A stretch of 64,000 bases of DNA from SAR86 cluster bacterium SAR86B (GCA_905181955.1 CAJJAC010000003.1:38114-102113), one strand, 5' to 3'. Shown: positions 29,350-39,958, counted from the stretch's first letter. Numbers and translations are program-made. The notes: generated by a model not told the origin, from the sequence alone.

Positions 29350-30039
29350 ATGGCGACAGAAATAGCTAATAAATCAGCAAATTCTTCAGAGTCAGTATTA
29401 GCTTTCCTGGCTAAAAATAAGTATATTTCAGGTGGCGTTTTAGCCTCATTAGTTTCACTAGTTTTATTCTTCGTTATGGTTCTATTAATCTCTCTTGGAG
29501 ATAGTGGCATAAAAGATGATAATTCAGTCAAACTTGTAGATATTGTTATGCCCGAAAGAGACATAGATACTCTTTTACAAGAAGTAGATAAACCAGATGA
29601 ACCAGAAGAGCAGCCAGATGATATTGCTCAGCCAGAACTTGAACTTCAGCCACTTACAGGCGTTGATGTTGCTATCGCAAAACCCAAAGCAGTTGTAAAA
29701 GTGGGTGGGTCATTCTTTAAAGACGGTGCTTATATGCCTTTATTTGCTGTTCAGCCTCAATATCCCAGAAGAGCTCAAGAAAGAGGCACAGAAGGCTACT
29801 CAATTATTAGTTTTACTATTACTGAACAAGGAACTGCAGAGGGAGCAATTGTTGTAGAAGGCAAATGTGGAGATATAAATGATCCAGAGGTTGTCATGAG
29901 AGATTGTTCAATCTTCAATAATTCTTCGGTAAGAGCAGCAGCTAAATTAAAATATAAACCAAAAATTGTTGATGGTAATCCAGTAAAAGTAGACAATGTT
30001 TTATATAGATTTAGATATGAAATGGAGGAAGAAGATTAG
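29350..30039 (+). CDS. tonB: Energy transducer TonB
   Basis: 229 aa. N-terminal TM segment, acidic Pro/Glu-rich spacer (DKPDEPEEQPDD), and C-terminal TonB domain (PQYPRRAQERGTEGYSIISFTI). Confidence 0.85.
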   Translation: MATEIANKSANSSESVLAFLAKNKYISGGVLASLVSLVLFFVMVLLISLGDSGIKDDNSVKLVDIVMPERDIDTLLQEVDKPDEPEEQPDDIAQPELELQPLTGVDVAIAKPKAVVKVGGSFFKDGAYMPLFAVQPQYPRRAQERGTEGYSIISFTITEQGTAEGAIVVEGKCGDINDPEVVMRDCSIFNNSSVRAAAKLKYKPKIVDGNPVKVDNVLYRFRYEMEEED

Positions 30040-30040
30040 T

Positions 30041-31504
30041 ATGAGAAAATTAAACCTTGCTAGGCTCTTCACCGCATTTTTAGTCGCTTGTATATTTATG
30101 CCGGTTGATTCATTTGCACAATCAAATGCATCAAACAAATCTAAAAAACAAACTACTTATAAAAAAGCTAGAGTGCTGCAGAATTCTACTGCTAAAAAGA
30201 TTACAAAAGTTACCGAAGCTTTAGAAAGAGTAAAAATTGTACAAATAAAAGATACTAATAAAGAATCAGAGACTTTTGGTCAGATGATTCCTACAGAAGA
30301 ACCAGATCCTGATATGCCAACAGTCATCAAGATTCTTACAGATATGAGATCCAAGGCTTCTGAAATGAAAAGCTATGATAGATCAATTATGTGGAATTAT
30401 TGGGGATACGTTTATTACACACAAGAAAATTACCCAGAAGCTTTAAAAGCTTATACGAAAGTTATTAATGAAGAAGAGGTAACTCTTCCATTAAGAAATG
30501 GGACACTTTTTACTTTAGCATCATTGCATATGTATGAAGAAAATTGGTCTAAAGGAATTGAATTACTGCTTATGTGGATGGATGAAGTAGAAACAGTTAC
30601 TGCTCAGTCCTGGTCATTCCTTGCAAGCGCATATTATCAAATTGAAGACTATACAAAATCTCTTGATGCATCTATTACCGCTATAGATATGGCAGAACTA
30701 GAAGGTTACACACCTAAAGAAAATTGGTATGTAATCATGGCTGCTTGCTATGAGGAGCTAAAGAATAAGATTGGTGAGAAAGAAACTTTATTAAAGCAAT
30801 TAGATATATATGAAATCTTAGTCAATCTATATCCAAAAAAACGGTACTTTCTTCAGCTAGGCCAGACTTACGGAACACTGGAAAGAGAAAAAGACTATAT
30901 GACTGCTTTAAATGCAGCCTATCAAAGTGACTATTTAGATAAAGAGGGTGAATATTTAACTCTTGCTCAATTACTTCTTATGAATGGAAATCCATACTGG
31001 GCCGCAAGTGTGATTGTAAGTGGCCAAGAAAAAGAAGTTCTTGTCACGAATGAAAAAACAAAAGAAGAAGAATTAAAGCCAGTAGTCAAAGATACTGAGA
31101 AGAATCTTAAGCTTCTTGCAGATTCCTGGAGAATGGCACAAGAAATTGATAAAGCCATACCTGTCTTAGAAAAGGCTGCCAAGATATCTAAAGATGGAGA
31201 AACTTATGTTCTTCTTGGCAATCTGTATTTATCAGAAGATAAACTAAAGCAGGCTGTTGATGCTATAAAAAAAGGCATTAAAAAAGGTAAGCTAAAAAAA
31301 ATATCTCAAGCCCATTTAACTTTAGGACAAGCCCACTTTGAATTACAAAATTTTGATGAAGCTAAAAAACAATTCAGAATGGCAGCTAGAGATAAAGATA
31401 AGAAGATTAAGAAAACTGCAAATAACTGGATTAAATATACTGAAAGTGAAGAAAGTAGAATTAAGTATATGCAGCAAAGAAGAGACTATATTAAGCAATC
31501 ATAA
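30041..31504 (+). CDS. Secreted TPR-repeat protein (TonB2-system TtpD-like)
   Basis: The track ORF starts at 29996. I prefer ATG 30041 (MRKLNLARLF...SFAQS signal peptide), with GGAGGAAGAAG upstream, 1 nt after the tonB stop. TPR-like helical repeats run throughout. Confidence 0.7.
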   Translation: MRKLNLARLFTAFLVACIFMPVDSFAQSNASNKSKKQTTYKKARVLQNSTAKKITKVTEALERVKIVQIKDTNKESETFGQMIPTEEPDPDMPTVIKILTDMRSKASEMKSYDRSIMWNYWGYVYYTQENYPEALKAYTKVINEEEVTLPLRNGTLFTLASLHMYEENWSKGIELLLMWMDEVETVTAQSWSFLASAYYQIEDYTKSLDASITAIDMAELEGYTPKENWYVIMAACYEELKNKIGEKETLLKQLDIYEILVNLYPKKRYFLQLGQTYGTLEREKDYMTALNAAYQSDYLDKEGEYLTLAQLLLMNGNPYWAASVIVSGQEKEVLVTNEKTKEEELKPVVKDTEKNLKLLADSWRMAQEIDKAIPVLEKAAKISKDGETYVLLGNLYLSEDKLKQAVDAIKKGIKKGKLKKISQAHLTLGQAHFELQNFDEAKKQFRMAARDKDKKIKKTANNWIKYTESEESRIKYMQQRRDYIKQS

Positions 31505-32008
31505 TTTTCTGTAGGTCTCTACAGCAAAATCATATTGGTTATCTTCATTTTTTAAGAAGCTCTCTGAAGAATCCAATTCCCAACTATTAAAATCTATCTC
31601 TGGGTAATAAACATCCCCATCTATTGAGCAATCTACTCTAGTTAAAACAAGTTTATTAAATGTATCTATTGAATCTCTAAACAAGTAGCCGCCGCCTATA
31701 ATAGCCACTTCATTATCAACATCTTGCTTAATATTATGCATCTTTGCTGATTCTATAGCGTCATCCAGATTAGCAAAAACTGATACACCTTCAACATCTT
31801 TAAGTGTTGACGATATTACATAATTAACTCTATTAGGCAAAGGTCTTCCAATAGACTCATATGTTTTTCTTCCCATAACTATGATTTTTTTAGTTGTATA
31901 CTTTTTAAAATGCGCCAAATCATCCTTTAAGTTCCAGGGCAATTCATTATTAACTCCAATAACTCGATTATTAGACATTGCCACAACATGCGAAATAATT
32001 AAATCCAT
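31499..32008 (-). CDS. folA: Dihydrofolate reductase FolA
   Basis: Motifs VIGVNNELPWNLKDDLAHFKKYT and VIMGRKTYESIG are present. I prefer ATG 32008, directly after the thyA stop, over the track start at 32050. Confidence 0.9.
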   Translation of the reverse strand: MDLIISHVVAMSNNRVIGVNNELPWNLKDDLAHFKKYTTKKIIVMGRKTYESIGRPLPNRVNYVISSTLKDVEGVSVFANLDDAIESAKMHNIKQDVDNEVAIIGGGYLFRDSIDTFNKLVLTRVDCSIDGDVYYPEIDFNSWELDSSESFLKNEDNQYDFAVETYRKL

Positions 32009-32009
32009 T

Positions 32010-32876
32010 TTAAATAGCCATTTGCGCTTTGATGGCCGGATGATGTTCATAATTCTCTAAAATAAAATCATCCACACTTAGCGCTGCTATTTCATCAATT
32101 GAAGAAATATCTGGTAACTTTAACGAAGGTAACTTTTTTGGCTCCCTTAATAATTGCTCCTTAACCTGGTCAATACTATTTTTATAAATATGCGCATCAC
32201 CAAAAGAATGAACAAATCTTCCAGGCTTTAAACCGCAAATCTTAGCAAAGATTGAAACTAACAAAGCATAACTTGCAATATTAAAAGGTACTCCAAGAAA
32301 CATATCAGCACTTCTTTGATACATATGACAACTTAAAGAGCCATCTTTGGTTACATAATATTGTGACATAACGTGACAAGGAGGCAGGGCCATATTCTCA
32401 AGCTCAGCTACATTCCATGCACTCAAAATATGCCTTCTTCCAAATGGATTATTTTTAATCCCATCAAGCAATATTTTAATTTGATCCAGATCTCCCCAGT
32501 TTCGCCACTGCACTCCATAAACAGGTCCTAATTTTTTTTCAAGCGGATTATTTGTATAACCTAGATCTCTACCTTGATTATCTGCATTATCTGTCCAGAT
32601 AGTAGAATATTTATCTAAGTCCGTTAGAACCGCTCTATCTTGACCAAATCTTATTTCTGCAAGCCTTCTTTCATCATCCGAACCCTCTAAAAACCAGAGT
32701 AATTCAGAAACAACACCCTTCCAAGCAAGCGACTTTGTTGTTACAGCAGGGAAGCCTTTTTTAAGATCAAACTCTAGCTGATGCCCAAAAGAAGATAGAG
32801 TTCCTGTATTGGTTCTATCCTCTCTCTCTTCTCCAGATTCTAAAATATAAGAAAGTAAATCTAAATAAGCTTTCAT
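32010..32876 (-). CDS. thyA: Thymidylate synthase ThyA
   Basis: N-terminus MKAYLDLLSYILESG...DRTNTGT, active-site LPPCH, and RSADMFLGVPFNIASYALL. I prefer ATG 32876, which forms an ATGA overlap with the lgt stop. Confidence 0.95.
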   Translation of the reverse strand: MKAYLDLLSYILESGEEREDRTNTGTLSSFGHQLEFDLKKGFPAVTTKSLAWKGVVSELLWFLEGSDDERRLAEIRFGQDRAVLTDLDKYSTIWTDNADNQGRDLGYTNNPLEKKLGPVYGVQWRNWGDLDQIKILLDGIKNNPFGRRHILSAWNVAELENMALPPCHVMSQYYVTKDGSLSCHMYQRSADMFLGVPFNIASYALLVSIFAKICGLKPGRFVHSFGDAHIYKNSIDQVKEQLLREPKKLPSLKLPDISSIDEIAALSVDDFILENYEHHPAIKAQMAI

Positions 32877-33670
32877 GCTTTCCGTAAAAAATAAGTTAGT
32901 AGTGCAAATCCTGCAAAGATCATTGGCATGCAAAGCAATTGACCCATGCTTAACCATTCTAATGCAACAAAGCCTATATGTGCATCGGGCTGTCTAAAAA
33001 ATTCAATAAAAAATCGCGTTGAGCCATACAAGATAAGAAATGAAGCTGAAACTATGCCTCTTCTGGAGGTTCTAGTATTAATAATAGCTAAAATAATAAA
33101 TAGAACTATGCCTTCAAAAAAACTCTCATATAATTGTGATGGATGTCTAGGAAGACCGAAAGGATCAGTAGGAAAGATAAAACCCCACTCACCTGAAGTT
33201 GCTCTTCCGTAGAGCTCTCCATTTAAGAAATTTCCTATTCTTACTAAGCCCAAACCAATTGGCATAGCTAAAGTTATAGAGTCAGTTAGCCTAAAGAAAT
33301 CAATTTTGAATCTTTTAGAAAAGATAACTGTACTAACAATTACTCCAGCCAGACCACCATGAAAACTTAAACCACCTTGCCATATATAAAAAAGAGATAG
33401 GGGGTCGTTTATAAGTTGATCAGTTCCATAAAAAAACATGTAACCAATTCTGCCTCCTATCATGGCTCCAAAAATCAGACCATAAAGGAAGACCAGATCA
33501 TTTACCTGATCAATAGATAGTCCTAACTCTTTAGTGATGGGGTGTGTTTTTAGAAATAAATATATACAGTATGCAGAAAGCACCCAAGTGACTGCATAGT
33601 ATTGAATATTTAAAGGACCCCATGAGATTAAACTGGGGTTATTAAAAAAATCTGATAGTTCAATAATCAT
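32873..33670 (-). CDS. lgt: Prolipoprotein diacylglyceryl transferase Lgt
   Basis: 265 aa. Motifs are GGLSFHGGLAGV, RIGNFLNGELYGR and PSQLYE. This is the conserved lgt-thyA pairing. Confidence 0.95.
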   Translation of the reverse strand: MIIELSDFFNNPSLISWGPLNIQYYAVTWVLSAYCIYLFLKTHPITKELGLSIDQVNDLVFLYGLIFGAMIGGRIGYMFFYGTDQLINDPLSLFYIWQGGLSFHGGLAGVIVSTVIFSKRFKIDFFRLTDSITLAMPIGLGLVRIGNFLNGELYGRATSGEWGFIFPTDPFGLPRHPSQLYESFFEGIVLFIILAIINTRTSRRGIVSASFLILYGSTRFFIEFFRQPDAHIGFVALEWLSMGQLLCMPMIFAGFALLTYFLRKA

Positions 33671-34458
33671 ATGGCTAGCATATACAAAGCACCAGCTATT
33701 AGGAATAAGGAAAATAGAATTTTTAGAACTAAATCACTAAGACTATGGGTAATAGCCACCCCAATTCTTGCAGAAAGAATACTTGTAGCTGATATACCAA
33801 TAACCGCTGGCAGATATATGTAACCTAATGACATTGCAGGAGTATTTTCTAGACTCCAGCCTATGTATAAATATCCCAGAGATCCAAATAGAGCTATAGG
33901 AACCCCACAGGCTGCAGCAGTGCCTATGCAAAGCTTCATTTCATAACCAAAATACCTCAAATAAGGAACAGTAAAACTACCACCCCCTATGCCTATAAGT
34001 GAAGATGCCATTCCGATTCCAGATCCGGATAAAATAGATAAACTAAAATTATTCTCCTTTTTGGAATCTTTTATTTCAAAGCTAGAAATTAGCTGTATGG
34101 CAATAATTAATAAAAATACTCCCACTAAAGACCTTAGGCTGTTACCTGAAATATTGCTTGCAATAATAGCCCCTACGATAGCTCCTATGGCAATACCTGT
34201 TGAAAGAGGATAAAAGGCTTTCCAAACGACTCCCTGTCTTTGATTATGAGAATATGCTGAAGCTATTCCAGTAAAGAAAATACTCGCTAGAGAAGTTCCT
34301 ATTGCAAGGTGAGTAATAATAATTTGATCAAAGCCTAGATAAATAAAAGTAGCTATCAGCGCGGGAACAATAATGACACCCCCGCCAATACCAAACATTC
34401 CTGCAAGAGTTCCAGCAAAAACTCCAACCAAAAGAAATATTAAGATCTCTAGACCCAT
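33667..34458 (-). CDS. TauE/SafE (DUF81) family anion exporter membrane protein
   Basis: 263 aa, glycine-rich and polytopic, with two repeated halves (GIGGGVIIVP / GIGGGSFTVP). Confidence 0.8.
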   Translation of the reverse strand: MGLEILIFLLVGVFAGTLAGMFGIGGGVIIVPALIATFIYLGFDQIIITHLAIGTSLASIFFTGIASAYSHNQRQGVVWKAFYPLSTGIAIGAIVGAIIASNISGNSLRSLVGVFLLIIAIQLISSFEIKDSKKENNFSLSILSGSGIGMASSLIGIGGGSFTVPYLRYFGYEMKLCIGTAAACGVPIALFGSLGYLYIGWSLENTPAMSLGYIYLPAVIGISATSILSARIGVAITHSLSDLVLKILFSLFLIAGALYMLAI

Positions 34459-34941
34459 TTAAGAAATTCTCTCTATATAAGGCATACAAAACTCTTTAAG
34501 GACAGAACGATAAACATCTTTCTTAAATTCTACAATCGCATGAAGAGGATGCCAGTATGAAGTCCATTTATAATCATCAAATTCAGGGTTAGCATCATTT
34601 GTAAAATCTATTGAAACCTCATTTAAGAGTTCAAACATAAACCATTTTTGTTTTTGACCTTTAAATTTATTTTTAAAAAAGTATTTTTGTATACTTTCTT
34701 CAGGCAGGTCATATTTGTACCAGCTTTCAGAAGTCGCTATCTTTTTGACATTAGAGCTTCGAATACCGACTTCTTCGTATAATTCTCTTAGAGCGGTTTC
34801 TTCTGCTTTTTCACCAAGGTCAATTCCTCCTTGAGGGAATTGCCAGTTATCAGAATCTTTTCTTTTGCAAAGTAATAATTTACCTTTATGATTAACTACT
34901 ATAAGACCAACGTTCAATCTGTATCTTGGTTCTTTAATCAT
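34459..34941 (-). CDS. rppH: RNA pyrophosphohydrolase RppH (Nudix)
   Basis: N-terminus MIKEPRYRLNVGLIV. Nudix box is GGIDLGEKAEETALRELYEEVG. I prefer ATG 34941 over the track start at 34998. Confidence 0.9.
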   Translation of the reverse strand: MIKEPRYRLNVGLIVVNHKGKLLLCKRKDSDNWQFPQGGIDLGEKAEETALRELYEEVGIRSSNVKKIATSESWYKYDLPEESIQKYFFKNKFKGQKQKWFMFELLNEVSIDFTNDANPEFDDYKWTSYWHPLHAIVEFKKDVYRSVLKEFCMPYIERIS

Positions 34942-34957
34942 AAATAGGCTGAAGTAT

Positions 34958-35626
34958 ATGAGTGATAAATTAATAATATTTGATTTAGATAATACCATTC
35001 TTAATGGAGATTCTGATTATTCATGGATTAAATTTATGATTGATTCAGACCAAGTAGATCATGATGAATTTTCTAAAAAAAATGAGTATTTTTATGAACA
35101 ATACTATCAAGGAAATTTAGATTATGAGGCTTGGGCAGAATTTGCTCTTTCAACATTTAAAGATAAAACTCCAGAACAGATGGAGCAATTATTAAGAAGT
35201 TTTCTAAATACTGTTATTGAGCCAATGATAAATATCTATGCATTAAGGCTGCTGCATGAACATTCTCACGACAATGATTTCATGCTCCTCGCCTCGGCAA
35301 CTAATGCAATAATTGTTCAGCCGATTGCAGAAAGGCTAGGCTTTAAGCATATTGTCGCTACAGATGTTGAAATTATTGATGGTAAATACACTGGAAAAAT
35401 GGAGGGAGAATCTGCTTTAGGCAAAGGAAAATTAAATAAAGTAAAAAAATGGATGGATAAAAATGGGTTCATTAATTTTGAAAATACTACTTTTTATTCA
35501 GATTCTATTAATGATTTGCCATTGCTTTTAGAAGTTTCAAATCCGATAGCAGTTAACCCGGATGAAGAGTTAAGAGCTGCATGCTGGGAAGCTGATTGGG
35601 AAATTATAGAATTACCAATTCACTAA
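34958..35626 (+). CDS. HAD-IB family hydrolase (phosphoserine phosphatase-like)
   Basis: 222 aa. Motif I is IIFDLDNTILNGDSD. Includes a cap domain and the C-terminal motif YSDSINDLPLL. Confidence 0.75.
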   Translation: MSDKLIIFDLDNTILNGDSDYSWIKFMIDSDQVDHDEFSKKNEYFYEQYYQGNLDYEAWAEFALSTFKDKTPEQMEQLLRSFLNTVIEPMINIYALRLLHEHSHDNDFMLLASATNAIIVQPIAERLGFKHIVATDVEIIDGKYTGKMEGESALGKGKLNKVKKWMDKNGFINFENTTFYSDSINDLPLLLEVSNPIAVNPDEELRAACWEADWEIIELPIH

Positions 35627-38475
35627 AAGTCGTCCATAGAAGGACAACTACAAATCAAGTTTCTATCACCATAGGTATTGTCAACCCTTCCAACAGGGGG
35701 CCAAAATTTATTACTTTTTAATGTTGATATAGGATAAGCAGCTCTTGTTCTTGAATAAGAATGACCCCACTCATCTTTAGAAACCTCTTCAGCAGTATGA
35801 GGAGCATTCTTAAGCATGTTATCAACTACATCAAGACATCCAGACTCAATATCTGCAATTTCTTTTCTAATGCTGATCATCGCATCACAAAAACGGTCAA
35901 TTTCTAATCTTGACTCACTCTCTGTGGGTTCAATCATAAGAGTTCCAGCAACTGGCCAAGACATAGTGGGAGCATGAAAGCCATAATCAATTAATCTTTT
36001 AGCTATATCCTCTACCTCTATTTGTGCAGAATCTTTAAATGGCCTTACATCCAAAATACATTCATGAGCAACAAGCCCACTTTCTCCTTTGTATAAGACC
36101 TCATAGTCATCTTTCAGTCTATGAGCAATATAGTTTGCATTTAATATTGCAATCTCTGTTGCTTTTCTTAAACCTTTTGAGCCCATCATCTTGATGTACA
36201 TCCAACTGATAGGAAGAATGCTCGCACTACCCCAATCAGATCCTGAGACTGGACCAACATTATTATCAGGATTGTCATGAAAGCCTGGTACAAACTCTTT
36301 AAGCTTCTCTACAACACCAATTGGACCAACTCCAGGCCCTCCACCGCCATGAGGTATACAGAAAGTTTTATGAAGATTAAGATGAGAAACATCACCGCCA
36401 AATTGGCCTGGATAACAGATTCCAACCATAGCATTTAAATTAGCTCCATCTATATAAACCAACCCGCCTGTTTTATGAACAATTTCACAAACCTCAGTAA
36501 CTGAAGATTCAAACACTCCATGAGTTGACGGATAAGTAATCATGATTGCAGATAATTTATCTTTATATAAGGCAGCTTTCTCTTTTAAATCACTAATAGA
36601 AATATTTCCCTCAGCATTACATTCAATTGGAATGATCTTCATTCCAACCATTTTTGCTGATGCTGGATTAGTTCCATGCGCTGACCTTGGGATTAGGCAT
36701 ATATCTCTGTCGTTATCACCATTTTTTTTGTGGTAGGCATTTATAGCTAAAAGACCAGCATACTCTCCTTGTGAGCCAGCATTAGGTTGTAATGAGATTG
36801 CTGAATAACCCGTTATGGCAATTAACATATTTTCAAGCTCATCAATTAATTGCATATAACCATTAATTTGATTTTTTGGGACTAAGGGATGAATAGAGGA
36901 GAATTCTGGCCAGCTTACAGGCATCATTTCTGATGCTGAATTAAGTTTCATTGTGCATGAGCCTAGGGGTATCATCGCTGTATCTAATGCAATATCTTTA
37001 TTAAAAAGTCTTCTGATATATCGCATCAATTCTGTTTCAGTTTGATAATTATTAAAGACCTTATGAGTAAGGTAGGATGAAGTCCGGATAAGATCATCAG
37101 GAATAGAGGCTGGCAGATCTTTTAAATCAAAATTGTCTTCATCACAAAAAACACTAACTATATTTTTTAAATCCTCAAAAGAAACTGATTCGTCTATTGA
37201 AATCCCGATTGAGGATTTATCAATGTGTCTTAAATTAATCTTTTTAGCGATGGCTTTATCTAGATAAATTTTAGTTTTTTTGCCAGAATGAATTACAAGA
37301 GTATCAAAAAAATCTGAAGATTTTATTTTTAAATTATTTTTTTTAAGCATCAACATGAGTATTTTGGTGTAATCATGCACTCTTTGACCAATTGCTTTTA
37401 AGCCTTTAGGACCATGATATACAGCATAGAATCCAGCCATAATTGCTAATAATGCTTGAGCAGTGCATATATTACTTGTCGCCTTTTCTCTTCTTATATG
37501 CTGCTCTCTAGTTTGAAGTGCAAGTCTGTATGCTGTATTCCCATGGACATCTACAGAGGCTCCAACAATTCTTCCAGGTAAAGATCTTTTATATGATTCT
37601 TTTGTTGCCATAAAGGCTGCATGAGGACCACCAAATCCAACTGGAACTCCAAATCTTTGAGAAGATCCAATAACAATATCTGCATTAAATTCACCTGGGG
37701 GTTTAATTAAGGTTAGTGCAAGTAGATCTGTTGCAAAAATAGCTAAAGCATTCTTGCTATGAGCAGATTCAACTACATTAGACATATCTTTAAGCACGCC
37801 ATCTGCTCCAGGATACTGAACCAGAACAGCAAAATAATCTTCATTATTCATATCTTCCGGGTTGCCAATTTTTATATCTATCCCAAGTGGCTCAGCTCTT
37901 GTTTTTAAGACATTTATAGTTTGAGGAAAGCATTGTTCATCTACTAAAAATAAGTTCGATTGAGATTTACTTAATCTTTTTGCAAGAGTCATAGCCTCAG
38001 CTGCAGCCGTTGGCTCATCTAGCAATGAGGCATTTGCTATATCCATACCAGTAAGATCACATACCATGGTTTGATAATTTATAAGGGCTTCAAGCCTTCC
38101 TTGCGCTATTTCCGGTTGATACGGAGTATAGGATGTATACCAGCCAGGATTTTCAAATATATTTCTTAGAATAGGGGCAGGAGTAATAGAGTTATAAAAA
38201 CCCTGCCCAATATAAGTTTTATAAACTTTATTTTTTTTACTAACTATATCTAAGTATCTTAATGCTTCTTCCTCAGAGGCTTCATCATCAATATTTAAAC
38301 TCTCATCGCTGAAAATATTTTTTGGAACTATAGATTGAATAAAGCCATCCATTGAAGCAAAGCCCATTTCTTTTAGCATCTCTATAGATACCTCTTTAGG
38401 TACGCCTATATGTCTTCTAGAAAAAGAATTTAGCTCTAAATATTTAGGATCTAAGATATCGTCTTTTTTAGTCAT
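35623..38475 (-). CDS. gcvP: Glycine dehydrogenase (decarboxylating), glycine cleavage P protein
   Basis: About 950 aa single-chain GcvP. The PLP-lysine region is NLHKTFCIPHGGGGPG. I prefer ATG 38475 (MTKKDD...) over the upstream TTG at 38487. Confidence 0.95.
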   Translation of the reverse strand: MTKKDDILDPKYLELNSFSRRHIGVPKEVSIEMLKEMGFASMDGFIQSIVPKNIFSDESLNIDDEASEEEALRYLDIVSKKNKVYKTYIGQGFYNSITPAPILRNIFENPGWYTSYTPYQPEIAQGRLEALINYQTMVCDLTGMDIANASLLDEPTAAAEAMTLAKRLSKSQSNLFLVDEQCFPQTINVLKTRAEPLGIDIKIGNPEDMNNEDYFAVLVQYPGADGVLKDMSNVVESAHSKNALAIFATDLLALTLIKPPGEFNADIVIGSSQRFGVPVGFGGPHAAFMATKESYKRSLPGRIVGASVDVHGNTAYRLALQTREQHIRREKATSNICTAQALLAIMAGFYAVYHGPKGLKAIGQRVHDYTKILMLMLKKNNLKIKSSDFFDTLVIHSGKKTKIYLDKAIAKKINLRHIDKSSIGISIDESVSFEDLKNIVSVFCDEDNFDLKDLPASIPDDLIRTSSYLTHKVFNNYQTETELMRYIRRLFNKDIALDTAMIPLGSCTMKLNSASEMMPVSWPEFSSIHPLVPKNQINGYMQLIDELENMLIAITGYSAISLQPNAGSQGEYAGLLAINAYHKKNGDNDRDICLIPRSAHGTNPASAKMVGMKIIPIECNAEGNISISDLKEKAALYKDKLSAIMITYPSTHGVFESSVTEVCEIVHKTGGLVYIDGANLNAMVGICYPGQFGGDVSHLNLHKTFCIPHGGGGPGVGPIGVVEKLKEFVPGFHDNPDNNVGPVSGSDWGSASILPISWMYIKMMGSKGLRKATEIAILNANYIAHRLKDDYEVLYKGESGLVAHECILDVRPFKDSAQIEVEDIAKRLIDYGFHAPTMSWPVAGTLMIEPTESESRLEIDRFCDAMISIRKEIADIESGCLDVVDNMLKNAPHTAEEVSKDEWGHSYSRTRAAYPISTLKSNKFWPPVGRVDNTYGDRNLICSCPSMDDF

Positions 38476-38510
38476 TATAAAAACCAATTAAAGCTTGTGG
38501 TGCTTTAGTA

Positions 38511-38897
38511 CTACTCTTCGCAAACTTCACCATATTCTTCTGGTGAAAGTAATTCACCTAATTCATCCATATCATCAGGCTGCATTTTATAAAACCATCC
38601 ATCAGAATATGGAGATTCATTAATAGTTTCTGGATTATCAAGCAGCAGCTCATTAACTTCTATCACTTCTCCGGATATTGGAGAATATACATCAGAGGCA
38701 GCCTTAACTGATTCAACAATAGCAACCTCATCTTCTGCACTCATTTGAACTCCTATATCAGGAAGCTCTACGAACACAATATCTCCCAATAGATCCTGAG
38801 CATGATCTGAGATACCCACTGTTACAGTCCCATCATCTTCAACTCTTACCCATTCATGCGATGGTCTGAACTTTAAGTCACCTGGAATTTCTTTCAT
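38511..38897 (-). CDS. gcvH: Glycine cleavage system H protein
   Basis: 128 aa. The lipoyl-lysine motif is VESVKAASDVYSP. Confidence 0.95.
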   Translation of the reverse strand: MKEIPGDLKFRPSHEWVRVEDDGTVTVGISDHAQDLLGDIVFVELPDIGVQMSAEDEVAIVESVKAASDVYSPISGEVIEVNELLLDNPETINESPYSDGWFYKMQPDDMDELGELLSPEEYGEVCEE

Positions 38898-39958
38898 ATT
38901 ACAATTTTACCTTTTCTCATAAATGGTGGCGATACTATTTCTACTTTAAATTCATTATTTCTTATTTGAACTTTTCCTTCACCATTATGGCCTTTATCTA
39001 TCCTTGCAAATGCAATACTAAATCCAAAAGAAGGAGAAAAAGTACCACTTAATATCTCTCCGCCACCAGAATCATGTTCAATCATTTGATGTGATCTAAG
39101 AATTCCTTTATCTCTTAAGATAATTCCTTTTAATTCTTTACAAGCGGTTTGATCAATTTTTAACAGAGCAGATTTACCAATAAAGTTTCTATCTATATCC
39201 TTAAAATCCAATGTCCATGCAAGGTTTGATTCATAGGGGTGATTAGCTGAATCCATATCAGTGCCATATAGATTTAATCCAGCTTCTAGTCTAAGAGTAT
39301 CTCTAGCCCCAAGTCCTATAGGCACTGCTCCTGCATCAATAAGGTTAGCCCATAGAGATTTTACGTTAGCATTATCAATTACTATCTCAAATCCTTCTTC
39401 GCCTGTGTACCCAGTTTTAGCTACCATCATTGAATTAACATTTGTGACGTCAAAATCATTCATCTCATCAAGACCATTCATATCAATACTCTTTAAAATA
39501 TTGCCCGAATTGGGCCCCTGAACAGCAATAATTGAAAAATTATTCATAAATTCTATATTCACATCATAATTATCAGATTGCTTAGTAAACCAACCATGGT
39601 TCTGAGAGCAGGTAGCACAATTTGAGATTATTCTGTAATGATCTCCTAGATTATAGACAATCAAGTCATCTAAAATTCCTCCAGCTTCATTTAGTAGTGG
39701 ACTATAAAGAGCTCTTCCAGGAGTGTTAATTTTTTGAACATCATTAGGTAAAAGATTTTTAAGGAATTTTTCTTGCTCAGGTCCACTTAAATCAAATACA
39801 GACATATGAGATACATCAAATATACCAACATTAGATCTAACAATTTTATGTTCATTAATTTGCGAGCCATAGTTTATTGGCATACTCCAGCCACCAAAAT
39901 CTACCATCTTTGCACCAAGCTTGATGTGCATGTCATATAGCGTTGTTTTATTCATCAC
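38894..39958 (-). CDS. gcvT: Aminomethyltransferase, glycine cleavage T protein
   Basis: 354 aa. Motifs are GWSMPINYGS, GIFDVSHM and TGYTGEEGFEI. Overlaps gcvH by 4 nt. Confidence 0.95.
   Translation of the reverse strand: MMNKTTLYDMHIKLGAKMVDFGGWSMPINYGSQINEHKIVRSNVGIFDVSHMSVFDLSGPEQEKFLKNLLPNDVQKINTPGRALYSPLLNEAGGILDDLIVYNLGDHYRIISNCATCSQNHGWFTKQSDNYDVNIEFMNNFSIIAVQGPNSGNILKSIDMNGLDEMNDFDVTNVNSMMVAKTGYTGEEGFEIVIDNANVKSLWANLIDAGAVPIGLGARDTLRLEAGLNLYGTDMDSANHPYESNLAWTLDFKDIDRNFIGKSALLKIDQTACKELKGIILRDKGILRSHQMIEHDSGGGEILSGTFSPSFGFSIAFARIDKGHNGEGKVQIRNNEFKVEIVSPPFMRKGKIVI

Noticed and set aside
29238-29564. 108-aa minus-strand ORF across the exbD/tonB junction
   Set aside because: It overlaps two well-supported + strand genes in a tightly coupled operon, and its sequence is low-complexity.
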